Source: a virus (Duplodnaviria; Caudoviricetes). Taken from it: DNA of 64,000 nucleotides. The notes below the pieces were generated by a model, which was not told the origin of the DNA, did no database searches, and saw nothing but the letters and a program-made list of their open reading frames with translations. Both the position numbers and the translations under genes were made by a program. Each line of letters begins with the position of its first letter. Positions within the stretch are counted from its first letter, which is position 1. Positions 1-8,506 of this stretch are shown here, in pieces. The stretch covers positions 1 to 64,000 of IMG/VR virus record IMGVR_UViG_3300033069_001247; one strand, given 5' to 3'.

Positions 1-4
1 TCGC

Positions 5-196
5 GTGAAACTGGTAGATATCGATTTTGATGAGGAAACAGCAGCCGTTGCGAAGTACAAGGTCACAACATTGCCCACGTGCATTTTGGTGAAGGTCAAC
101 GCCAAGAATGAGGCAGTTGTGATCCGCAGAAAGACAGGAACATTGACCACAACGCAGCTGGTTGAACTGGTACAGCCAGCCAAATCAACGGAGTGA
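5..196 (+). CDS. Thioredoxin-like protein, C-terminal part (5'-truncated by window edge)
   Basis: KLVDIDFDEE...KYKVTTLPTCILVK...RRKTG resembles the C-terminal half of the Trx fold (cis-Pro 'LPT' motif); a CxxC would lie upstream of the window. Confidence 0.55.
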   Translation: MKLVDIDFDEETAAVAKYKVTTLPTCILVKVNAKNEAVVIRRKTGTLTTTQLVELVQPAKSTE

Positions 197-206
197 GGAG
201 CGTCGC

Positions 207-593
207 GTGTATATTTCTATCGATGTGTCGCCAGGGGAACTGCTCGACAAGATCACAATCCTGGAGATCAAAACGCAGCGGATTACTGATCCGCAGAAGT
301 TGAAGCACGTAAAGCAGATGCTGGACATGCTTCAACGGTCACGGACCGGTGTGCTTCCGACCAACGGACAGATCACCACGTTGGAGAAGAAGTTACTGCA
401 GATCAACTCCAGACTCTGGGACATCGAAGACATCATTCGCGGTCATGAACGGGTCGGTGATTTTGGTGAAGTGTTCGTGAGTCTGGCAAGATCGGTTTAC
501 CGACTTAACGACGAACGGGCTGCTGTGAAGCGGAAGATTGACCTGGCCCTTGGGGCTACCTACCTGGAAGAGAAGGCATATAGTGACGCGTAA
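207..593 (+). CDS. DUF6165-like protein
   Basis: IDVSPGELLDKITILEIK...LWDIEDIIR...LARSVYRLNDERAAVKRKID...LEEKAY pattern; GTG start at 207 preceded by GAGGAG. Confidence 0.75.
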   Translation: MYISIDVSPGELLDKITILEIKTQRITDPQKLKHVKQMLDMLQRSRTGVLPTNGQITTLEKKLLQINSRLWDIEDIIRGHERVGDFGEVFVSLARSVYRLNDERAAVKRKIDLALGATYLEEKAYSDA

Positions 594-681
594 CGCGGGT
601 TGACAGCCGCGATGCTTGATACCCACAATGGTGCATTCACAGTCCGTGAAACTGACCACAATCTGTTTGAGGAGCGTAAAA

Positions 682-1365
682 ATGCGTCTGTTGACCGCAG
701 CCACCATCACTATCATTTTGGGTCTGTTGGCCGTCTCGATGTCTGCTGTGTGCTCGGCGGAGTCTACGCCGACGCCAGTCGATGTTTCTGATGCGGCAGG
801 GACCGCAAGGCCCCTACCGACACCGCAACCAGAGGCAGATGTGCCTTCTGAAGTGCAGATTGTGCCTGCGTTCGAACCTGGCACCGTGATCGTTGAACCG
901 ACGGGCAGAGCGAAACAATTGGCATGTGCGATCACCGAAAGGGTTAAAGCCAAGTACCCGAACTGCGACGTACAAACGACCGTTTGCGAACAGAAAAGAA
1001 AGACACGGGTACGGCTTGTGATGGCCTACCCCGGTGCCGACCCTGTATTACTGACGTACGTCTCGAATTGCTCGATCAATTCGCAGTTTCGGGTAAGTCC
1101 GTCACAGTTCACGGAGTTGGCTGATCCCGATAAGCATGAGATACGCCCTAACCTGGAAGACCAGCTCGTAACATTGATTTGTGCGGACTGGACCCAGTTG
1201 AATCACGACTGGACAGACACCGTGGCTGTGGTACCTAAAAAGTACGCTGTCACGGTGCATGACAAGACTGTCGATATCAGTTATGACGTACGCCAGGTAC
1301 TGAAGTACAACCAGGTACTCGTGAGCAAGCGACGACTGGATCTACGTCGAGTGGCCACACGCTGA
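682..1365 (+). CDS. Hypothetical exported protein with N-terminal signal/anchor
   Basis: ATG 682 after GAGGAG; MRLLTAATITIILGLLAVSMSAVCSA hydrophobic leader followed by a Pro/Thr-rich linker. Confidence 0.6.
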   Translation: MRLLTAATITIILGLLAVSMSAVCSAESTPTPVDVSDAAGTARPLPTPQPEADVPSEVQIVPAFEPGTVIVEPTGRAKQLACAITERVKAKYPNCDVQTTVCEQKRKTRVRLVMAYPGADPVLLTYVSNCSINSQFRVSPSQFTELADPDKHEIRPNLEDQLVTLICADWTQLNHDWTDTVAVVPKKYAVTVHDKTVDISYDVRQVLKYNQVLVSKRRLDLRRVATR

Positions 1366-1426
1366 CTGCATCTGTACCCCGCCGACAACAGTGTCGGCGG
1401 GTTCTTGTTCGACACGGAGCGTCATC

Positions 1427-1807
1427 ATGACACCTGCAGACTTTGGCACAAAGATAGCCTACGTGCAGCTGACGCCGAGTAAACCAGTTGCGTCCGCCAA
1501 GAAGGCGACTGTACCTGCAAAAACACCGGCCTCTCCGGCACCGCCTGCGGCGGCACCAACGCAGTGGGTAATGCGAGCGGCCCCTTCCGTACCGAACCCG
1601 ATCGCACCGCCACCCAAGCCTACAAAGATCCAGTCGCCGACGGTAAAGTCGGCTGAATGTGCGAAGGCACCCAACTACACGGCCATGGGTAAAGGCGGAC
1701 GACGGGTGATGCCACAGCCGCACGCGAAACGGACGATCCGTGTGCAGACACAACGAACCGCGCAGTCGCCTGTCGACTTCGGGAAAGCGATCGCGGAAAA
1801 CAATTGA
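1427..1807 (+). CDS. Hypothetical Pro/Ala/Lys-rich basic protein
   Basis: ATG 1427 after GGAG; low-complexity PAK-rich sequence; stop overlaps next start. Confidence 0.5.
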   Translation: MTPADFGTKIAYVQLTPSKPVASAKKATVPAKTPASPAPPAAAPTQWVMRAAPSVPNPIAPPPKPTKIQSPTVKSAECAKAPNYTAMGKGGRRVMPQPHAKRTIRVQTQRTAQSPVDFGKAIAENN

Positions 1808-2661
1808 AAGCAGCTGCAGTGAAAAAATTTTCATTTCCGCAGATCTCCATCAAGCCCCCAGTTGTAAATCACGAACCGGTGTTGGAACTCGCCGCACAGG
1901 CAGATCTGACACCGGTCGTTGCGTTGGGTGACATCGAACTGGATCCAGAGATCGAAGTGTTCCTGATCATGGAAGCGGACGCAGATACTGCCGAAGCGGT
2001 ACGAACACTGCAGCAACTGCGAATCCCACATACGGTTGTCGTTATCGAAGAAGCAGCGTTACCTGCCGATCATCCGGAACTGTTGTTTGAACGGGAGAAG
2101 CATGTACGGGCTTACGCCGAAAGGCAGTATCGTAAATTTCATACCCACCAATCCGTACTGAGGTGTGCATGCTCCGAAAAGACGACGTTGATTCTAACTC
2201 CGTATTTCACGCGGATACCGGATATCGACCGTAACGAAATTCTGCAGCACATCAATGCAGCCCCGCGTTTCCTGCAGACTACGCATCGCCCTTATGACGC
2301 AGTCAGCTTGTGCAGTTGCTTTCAGTCGCAGCCTTGTCATTCGATCACCCGCTACCTTCGGGAATACGCAGAGCTGACAACGATCAAACAGGTGGACCCG
2401 ATTGCCGTCGAGACCCTTCGTCCGATTATGACGGGTTTTGACGGACGGTACCGAGAATACAATATGAAGTGGCATCTCGGATGTGCCGCTTACATTATTG
2501 GTGAGGTGGGGCGGCGTAAATGGCAGGTGGCAGGTCACGGTTACGGGATGCCAGTGGATTTGTTCCTGGTGAATGAGTTGAACACGCTGGTGATGCAAAA
2601 TACGATCTTCCAAGCGATCCCTGTAGATCTGGACATGCTGACTCAACTAACGGACGAGTGA
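1804..2661 (+). CDS. Hypothetical protein, possibly GT25-like glycosyltransferase
   Basis: C-terminal CAAYIIGEVGRRKW...MPVDLFL loosely resembles the GT25 'xxYIISxxGAxKL...PVD' pattern; adjacent to GT2 gene. Confidence 0.35.
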   Translation: MKAAAVKKFSFPQISIKPPVVNHEPVLELAAQADLTPVVALGDIELDPEIEVFLIMEADADTAEAVRTLQQLRIPHTVVVIEEAALPADHPELLFEREKHVRAYAERQYRKFHTHQSVLRCACSEKTTLILTPYFTRIPDIDRNEILQHINAAPRFLQTTHRPYDAVSLCSCFQSQPCHSITRYLREYAELTTIKQVDPIAVETLRPIMTGFDGRYREYNMKWHLGCAAYIIGEVGRRKWQVAGHGYGMPVDLFLVNELNTLVMQNTIFQAIPVDLDMLTQLTDE

Positions 2662-3395
2662 TGAACCCTGCCACGACCGTTACTGGTGTCTTGATCACCG
2701 GTAAAACTGACGAACGGTTCCCGTTGGCGAAGCGGGCGGTACATGCCTGGCAGCGACAGTTATTCAATTCCAGGCATGAATTGCTGGTTATCAATGATCA
2801 TCCGTATCAGGCGTTGTTCCCAGCCGGAACGCCCGTCGGCATTCGCGAGATTCGTGTACCTGGGCCTCTGTCATTGGGTGCATTACGGAACATCGGGATT
2901 GCGGAGGCTCGCAGCGACTACCTCGTACAGTGGGATGACGATGATTTCTCTCATCCTTCCCGGTTACTGTGGCAGATGGAGCATACAAAAACAGGACGAG
3001 CGTCAATCCTGAAATATGAGGTGCATTGTGATCTCACAGGTAAGCATCCGGCATTCGTAAACAATGGACAGGTGTGTCGTTGTCGAGGCTTCGCCGGAAC
3101 GATGTTGTGGCCTCGTTCAGTCAGTTGTCGTTTTCCGGATAAGGGCCGACACGAAGACACGGAATTTGTGCTGCAACTGCAAAAAAACTGTGGTGTGGAT
3201 GTTTTGGAGAATGATCCGACCATGTACTGTCGGTTCTTTCACGGTTACAACACGTGGACACAGGACCACATCATGAAACCGAAGCCCGGTTCACGAAAGA
3301 TGTCCGCCGCGGAACAGCGGTACATCCAGCAGTTGGTGGGACAGACCACCGAATTCCTTGCCCAGGAGAAGCAGCGCTGTGTTGAGAAAAATTGA
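2658..3395 (+). CDS. Glycosyltransferase family 2 (GT-A fold)
   Basis: ELLVIND, LGALRNIGIAEARSDYLVQWDDDDFSHPSRL (DxD motif region typical of GT2). Confidence 0.85.
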   Translation: MMNPATTVTGVLITGKTDERFPLAKRAVHAWQRQLFNSRHELLVINDHPYQALFPAGTPVGIREIRVPGPLSLGALRNIGIAEARSDYLVQWDDDDFSHPSRLLWQMEHTKTGRASILKYEVHCDLTGKHPAFVNNGQVCRCRGFAGTMLWPRSVSCRFPDKGRHEDTEFVLQLQKNCGVDVLENDPTMYCRFFHGYNTWTQDHIMKPKPGSRKMSAAEQRYIQQLVGQTTEFLAQEKQRCVEKN

Positions 3396-4365
3396 GGCCG
3401 GTATTGTCGGTGAAGCACAGCATCGCAGCGGGTGGCCCTACTGTCTGGAGCAGTTAAAGCCATTGTTCAACCCGCAGTCACCTGTGTTATTTGACGACTT
3501 CATTGAGCGGACATTCTTGTATCGCAAGAGCAAGTTTAACCGTGTCTATAAGGAGCCCTGGATCGGGGTGATGCATCATCCTCCGGATCTACCAAGCTGG
3601 TACATGCAATACATGACAATGAGCGCCTTGTTTCGGAATACCTGCTGGCAGCAAAGTCTGGACAAACTCAAGCTGCTGATTGTCCTCAGTGACAATGTGA
3701 AACAGTGGTGGAAGATGCAGCATCCGCATATTCCTTGCGTGGTCATCAAACACCCGACAGGAAAACCGTTATTGGAATGGTCTCCGGCGGCATACCAATC
3801 GCACCCAAAACCGATTCTGATGCAGGTAGGCTGGTTTCTGCGAAACCCATTCGCCATCTCGCAGGTCGAGGTGGGCGATCGGTTTCACAAAATCAAATTG
3901 ATTGCGTCTGACATGGATAATTACGTTCTACCTCAGTGCCGAAAGTATTACGCGGAGCATCACCCGGACCGGCAGAAGCACAATGACGTGCAGCTCATAG
4001 GATGGGTCCCTCACGACGAGTACGATGTACGCATGTCTGAAGCTGTCGTATTGATGGAGGTGATATCTGCAGCGGCCAACAATACCGTGGTTGAATGCAT
4101 CATCAGGAACACACCCCTGTGCATCAATCGGCACCCTGGACCTGCCTGCTATCTCGGGAACGACTACCCGTTGTTCTATGATGACTTTGACGAAATCAAC
4201 GATCTTCTTACAATCGAAAACATTCTTGCCGCCCATCAGTATCTGAAGAAGATGGACAAATGGTGGATCACCGGTGAGATGTTCAGAGAGCAGTTGCAGG
4301 CAGCGTGCATGCAATTCGTACCAGAGTGTCGGGTACCATTGACGTTACCCGTGCAGGAGCATTGA
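3358..4365 (+). CDS. Glycosyltransferase-associated (GT-B-like) protein; start uncertain
   Basis: WIGVMHHPP and AANNTVVECIIRNTPLCINRHPGPACYLGNDYPLFY motifs recalled from GT-linked proteins of bacteria and large viruses. Confidence 0.5.
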   Translation: MPRRSSAVLRKIEAGIVGEAQHRSGWPYCLEQLKPLFNPQSPVLFDDFIERTFLYRKSKFNRVYKEPWIGVMHHPPDLPSWYMQYMTMSALFRNTCWQQSLDKLKLLIVLSDNVKQWWKMQHPHIPCVVIKHPTGKPLLEWSPAAYQSHPKPILMQVGWFLRNPFAISQVEVGDRFHKIKLIASDMDNYVLPQCRKYYAEHHPDRQKHNDVQLIGWVPHDEYDVRMSEAVVLMEVISAAANNTVVECIIRNTPLCINRHPGPACYLGNDYPLFYDDFDEINDLLTIENILAAHQYLKKMDKWWITGEMFREQLQAACMQFVPECRVPLTLPVQEH

Positions 4366-4366
4366 C

Positions 4367-4573
4367 GTGGAAAACACAGGGACTGTGAAGCAGCTGAGCG
4401 AACGCGGTTATGGATTCATCGCTCGCGGTGAAGAAAAGGATTTGTTCTTTCACGTCACCGGCATGCAGGTAAAGGGGGCCTTCGACGCCTTGTCGCTGGG
4501 TGACAAGGTTCGATTCGAGATCGATAACAGTGGTGACAAACCACGGGGTATCGAAGTCTGCAAGATCGACTGA
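4367..4573 (+). CDS. Cold-shock domain protein
   Basis: 68 aa; GTVK, RNP1 GYGFI, RNP2 LFFH, GDKVRFEI. Confidence 0.92.
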   Translation: MENTGTVKQLSERGYGFIARGEEKDLFFHVTGMQVKGAFDALSLGDKVRFEIDNSGDKPRGIEVCKID

Positions 4574-4640
4574 TTTGGTGTGGGTTGGCGGTTGAAGCTG
4601 TGACGCATTATCCTATGGGTATCCCGGTTATCGCCGCGAA

Positions 4641-4654
4641 TCTCATGGAGGAGG
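4641..4654 (+). promoter_or_regulatory. RBS hairpin with CA-N-GGA-GG (CsrA/Rsm-like) element
   Basis: TCTC-ATGGAG-GAGG: 4-bp stem (one G-U) around an ANGGAN loop, just upstream of ATG 4659. Confidence 0.45.
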
Positions 4655-4658
4655 CGTC

Positions 4659-6674
4659 ATGGCTACAACGATCGCTGAAAAACTTGCATCGCAGCTGCTC
4701 TGTAAGTTGGATATTACGCAAAGCGATTTCGTTCGTGGCTTCCTGATGAAGTGTGCGTCTGTAGAATACAACGCAAGCGACACCGTCCGAGCCATCAACG
4801 ATGCAGTCAGTATCAGTCCGCACATCAGCCACGAGTTTGAGGTTTGCGGTTTCGAGAAGACGAGCAGTCGTTTGTTTGGGAGTGCTCCGAAGGCACCGGG
4901 AGCCCCGGCTGCTCCGATTAAAGCACCCGCAGCCGCTGCCGCCCCGGCGGCACCGTTCAAACCTGTGGGTTCGCTGTTCGGTAAAGGTCCACGACCGACC
5001 CCGCCAAAGATGCCAGCGACGTTTAACCCCGGCGGCGATAGCCCGTCGCCTTCAATGTTGGGTAGTGCTGCTCGTGGCTTGGGGCAGGGGGCCTTGAACG
5101 TGTTCAACGTACCTTGGGGTATGGCCAAGGGTGTAGCCGGTCGAACGCTGCAGGGTGTCGGTGCCGCCGCAAAACCGCTGGCATGGGCAACCGACACATT
5201 AGGCATCACACAGCACGCGACGCCAGCTGTGGGTGCATTTACAGACAGTCTGGCGGGTGATGCAGCGGCGGGTTTTGCAGACGTAGGTAAGGCCTTCAAC
5301 CCTGCTGAAGCTGCGTTGCCAGGTAGCCACAATACCGCCCGTGTACATCAGCATCAGCAAGAGATGCTCAGTCGCGGACAGAACTGGTCATCTGGTTTTA
5401 CCGGTGCTTTTGACAACGGCGGAAAGATGCTGACCAACATGCTACTTGGTGGCGGCGTTCTTGGTGCTGCAAGCAAGCTCGGACCTGTCAGTAACATGCT
5501 GCAGAAGGCGGCTCCGGTTATGGACAAAGTCGGACCGTTGCTGAATTATGGTGGACAGACGCTAGGGGCCGGGGCAGCGCAGTGGGCGGCACAGCCTGTC
5601 GCTGCCGAATCCGCAACGCCACCAGTCGCCACGCAAGAGAACCCGGTTGTAACCGATCAGCAACCTCCCGAGATGCAGCCCAGTGTGTCTGCCGCACCGG
5701 GAGCAGCCCCACCCGCTCCAACCGCACCGCCGCCGTCGCCAGAGGCACAACCTGCGGCAGCAGGCCAGCAACCGGCACCACAACCGGCGAGTCTGCTGAC
5801 GCAGACACCAGAGTACAAAGAAGTCAGTACGTTGGTGCAGAATGATCCAGAAACAGCGACGCAGCTCGGGCAGCAGGCCGTAGGGCAGATCAAGCAATCG
5901 CTGGACACTCCGGAAGGGGCCGCTGAACTAGGAGCATTGAAAAACACTGGGAAGCTCAGCCCTGACGGGCAACAAAAAGCCATGACGGCTTTGACCGAGA
6001 ACGGGTATGACTGGGACCATGCTCAAAATACCATCATGAACATGGATGGCTGGGAGCAGCTCGGCCTCTGGGGCGGGTTGTCATTGACGGCCTTGGGGCT
6101 CTTGCATGCATTGGGCGGCGAAGGCGGCGTAGGGTCACTACTGATTGGTATGCTGGGTCTTGGCGCGGCCGGATTTACGGCAGCCAAGACGGGCCTGCTC
6201 GATCAGGGTAGCCAGGACATGGCAAACAGCATGCAAACTGCTGTGATGGGTGAACCTTCAGCAGCTCCTCCAGCTACCCCTGCCGCACCTCCGGCTGCCG
6301 CCTCTGCCGGGGCACCCGGTATGATCGATCAGTTGAAGACGAAGGCGGTAGATACCTGGAACAATGCGAAGCCAAAATTACAGGCTGGTGCGTTCGAAGC
6401 GATCAAGCCACAGATTCCGTCAATGATCGACAAAATGCCAGATCAACCAGATCCGACTACGGCCAAAATGCTGTTGTCGCTTGTGCCGCCAGACGCCGCT
6501 GCGGAGTTAGACATGGCGATCGGGCACGGCGGAGCGGGCAATGCGATTGCGAGCTTCTTGGGCGACTTCGGAAATACCACACAGAAACGCATGACTGAAC
6601 GTCTGGGTACCACACCGGAGCAAAATGATAAGCTGCTCCGCCAGTGGGCCTACGCACGAAAGACTGGTCAATAA
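4659..6674 (+). CDS. Large Ala/Gly/Pro-rich protein with hydrophobic Gly-zipper segments (putative internal virion/ejection protein)
   Basis: 671 aa; N-terminal GFLMKCAS module and KxA motifs; Pro/Ala/Gln linker; WGGLSLTALGLLHALGG...LLIGMLGLGAAGFTAAK hydrophobic hairpin. Confidence 0.55.
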   Translation: MATTIAEKLASQLLCKLDITQSDFVRGFLMKCASVEYNASDTVRAINDAVSISPHISHEFEVCGFEKTSSRLFGSAPKAPGAPAAPIKAPAAAAAPAAPFKPVGSLFGKGPRPTPPKMPATFNPGGDSPSPSMLGSAARGLGQGALNVFNVPWGMAKGVAGRTLQGVGAAAKPLAWATDTLGITQHATPAVGAFTDSLAGDAAAGFADVGKAFNPAEAALPGSHNTARVHQHQQEMLSRGQNWSSGFTGAFDNGGKMLTNMLLGGGVLGAASKLGPVSNMLQKAAPVMDKVGPLLNYGGQTLGAGAAQWAAQPVAAESATPPVATQENPVVTDQQPPEMQPSVSAAPGAAPPAPTAPPPSPEAQPAAAGQQPAPQPASLLTQTPEYKEVSTLVQNDPETATQLGQQAVGQIKQSLDTPEGAAELGALKNTGKLSPDGQQKAMTALTENGYDWDHAQNTIMNMDGWEQLGLWGGLSLTALGLLHALGGEGGVGSLLIGMLGLGAAGFTAAKTGLLDQGSQDMANSMQTAVMGEPSAAPPATPAAPPAAASAGAPGMIDQLKTKAVDTWNNAKPKLQAGAFEAIKPQIPSMIDKMPDQPDPTTAKMLLSLVPPDAAAELDMAIGHGGAGNAIASFLGDFGNTTQKRMTERLGTTPEQNDKLLRQWAYARKTGQ

Positions 6675-6934
6675 CCTCAGTCTGTCTTAGAATGCGACCG
6701 CACCCTGTGACTGAGTCGTAACGCCGACTGGTTAGGGACCCCTGAAAACTATGGGATTGGTTGATGGGGTCGTGAGTGTCTTGCCAGATAAAATCGAACC
6801 GCAAGGCAATGGAGGTCAGATGGATGCGTTCTTGATGCCATCTACAAAGACTGTGAACACGGTCATTGGCGCCCGGCGATAGGGGATGCTGGGACGGTCA
6901 CAGGGTGTTTCAGCTTTCACAAGGATGTGACAAC

Positions 6935-7612
6935 ATGAAGCGTCGTATTTTGTTGATTTCAGCAGACAAGGCAGAACGCACGCTTGTCACGACGCAACTA
7001 CAGTCTCGCTTCCGTGCTCTCGACGTGTTTACCGCTGAGACATTGAACAAAGCCCATCAGACGTTCATCGAACACGGCTGCGACATCATACTCAGCAGCC
7101 TGCATCTACCTGATGGCGAGTCACCGCCGAACGTAGCGCATTCCCTGATGGCTATGGCACACTCGGTGCCTGTGATCGTACTTACGAAGCTGACGCATAC
7201 GGATGATGATGTGCTGGATGTCCTGACGATTGGTGTCCGTCACGTCCTCTTTTGTGAAGATCTGAAATCAGAGCCCGTCACGCTGATCAACGCCGTGATC
7301 GAAGGACTTCAGGAGGTGAATGCCCGAGAGGCGCAGTTCGCTGGTTTCGGTGAGCGGTTGCAGATGCTGTCGCAGAAGGTGTATGACGTAGACAACCGCA
7401 TGGCCACCACAGAAGGACTACTGAGCAAATTGACCACGAGCATCAACACATTGGTGGCCAGTATTGATCGACGCGGTGGACTGGAAGATCGCGTAGTTAA
7501 ACTGGAAAACACGCATGCTACTGCGATCAAGTTTGGGCTGTGGTTTGCAGGCATCTGCGGTACGGTGATTGCTGGGCTGATCGTGCATATGCTGGACATA
7601 TTCAAGAAGTGA
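6935..7612 (+). CDS. Pseudo-receiver domain + coiled coil + C-terminal transmembrane helix
   Basis: RRILLISAD...CDIILSSLHLPDG...VPVIVLT is CheY-like, with Ser where the phospho-acceptor Asp is expected; heptad region LQMLSQKVYDVDNRM...; TM FGLWFAGICGTVIAGLIVHML. Confidence 0.7.
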   Translation: MKRRILLISADKAERTLVTTQLQSRFRALDVFTAETLNKAHQTFIEHGCDIILSSLHLPDGESPPNVAHSLMAMAHSVPVIVLTKLTHTDDDVLDVLTIGVRHVLFCEDLKSEPVTLINAVIEGLQEVNAREAQFAGFGERLQMLSQKVYDVDNRMATTEGLLSKLTTSINTLVASIDRRGGLEDRVVKLENTHATAIKFGLWFAGICGTVIAGLIVHMLDIFKK

Positions 7613-7621
7613 TGGTGAGTA

Positions 7622-8497
7622 ATGGGTGACCCGGTTCGTACGTATGCCCTGAAAGGCAAGCTGGCCATTTCTCGAAGTGGCTGGCTGTTGTTGCTTGTAC
7701 CGAACGCCATTGGGAACGGGTTGTTCCAAGCACTCAGTGAACACAACATCGAACAGCCTGTGCAGGAAAGCACAGGGCAATACAACGCTCACGTCTCAGT
7801 CATGCGACCGGAAGAAGTTGAACAGGCGGGTGGGCCTGACGCAATCAAGGCCCGCGGACAGACTGTGGGATTCAACCTCGGCGGTGTGACCGAGATTGCC
7901 AATCCCGGCTCGTGGTCAGAGGTCTCGAAGTGCTGGGTGATCGGGGTGCAATCCCCGGAGTTGATGCAGATCCGCCGGGCAGCAGGTTTGGGCGAACCAA
8001 AATACCCGTTCCATATGACGTTCGCCATCCGCAAAAAGCGGACAGCCAAACAGGCGTCCTACGTCTACCAGGAGAAAGCGGCGGCCACAAACACGACTAT
8101 CAAGGAATCGCCGATTGAAGGGAAGGGGCTTTTCGCCACCAAGAATTTTCAAGCAGGTGACGTGATCAATTCACGCTTCATGGTGCGTTGGCACGACAAC
8201 GGCAAAGACTACTGGGATCAGAGCGAGGAATGCCGTTATGTGAACCATAGCGAGAATCCGAACTGCACGTTGAATACTGGCGAAGAGTATGTACAACTGG
8301 TGGCGTTGGACAACATCGTCAGCGGTACAGAGCTGACTACCGATTACGCAGAATGTCTACCTGTTCTTGGCAAAGATGCCACTTTCACTTATCGTGGTAA
8401 ACCATACGACGGGTCCAGCTCGACGAAGAAGCAAGCCAGTTCAAACCGCTCAAGAGCCACCGACGTGATCCTTCGCAACCTGTATTGTGCTGACTAG
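7622..8497 (+). CDS. 2H-phosphoesterase-like domain fused to SET-domain methyltransferase
   Basis: HVSV (7790) and HMTF (8012) 74 residues apart; SET motifs SPIEGKGLFA, RYVNHSENPNC, ELTTDY; KQAS/EKAAA between the domains and KKQASS after SET. Confidence 0.75.
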   Translation: MGDPVRTYALKGKLAISRSGWLLLLVPNAIGNGLFQALSEHNIEQPVQESTGQYNAHVSVMRPEEVEQAGGPDAIKARGQTVGFNLGGVTEIANPGSWSEVSKCWVIGVQSPELMQIRRAAGLGEPKYPFHMTFAIRKKRTAKQASYVYQEKAAATNTTIKESPIEGKGLFATKNFQAGDVINSRFMVRWHDNGKDYWDQSEECRYVNHSENPNCTLNTGEEYVQLVALDNIVSGTELTTDYAECLPVLGKDATFTYRGKPYDGSSSTKKQASSNRSRATDVILRNLYCAD

Positions 8498-8506
8498 GGG
8501 TGAACT

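Noticed and set aside
1427-1807. Histone H1-like protein
   Set aside because: Pro/Ala/Lys-rich, but too short and too low in Lys repeats to support the call.
6675-6934. tRNA or known ncRNA
   Set aside because: No cloverleaf, T-loop GTTC or CCA end recognisable; no tRNA or rRNA was recognised anywhere in the window.
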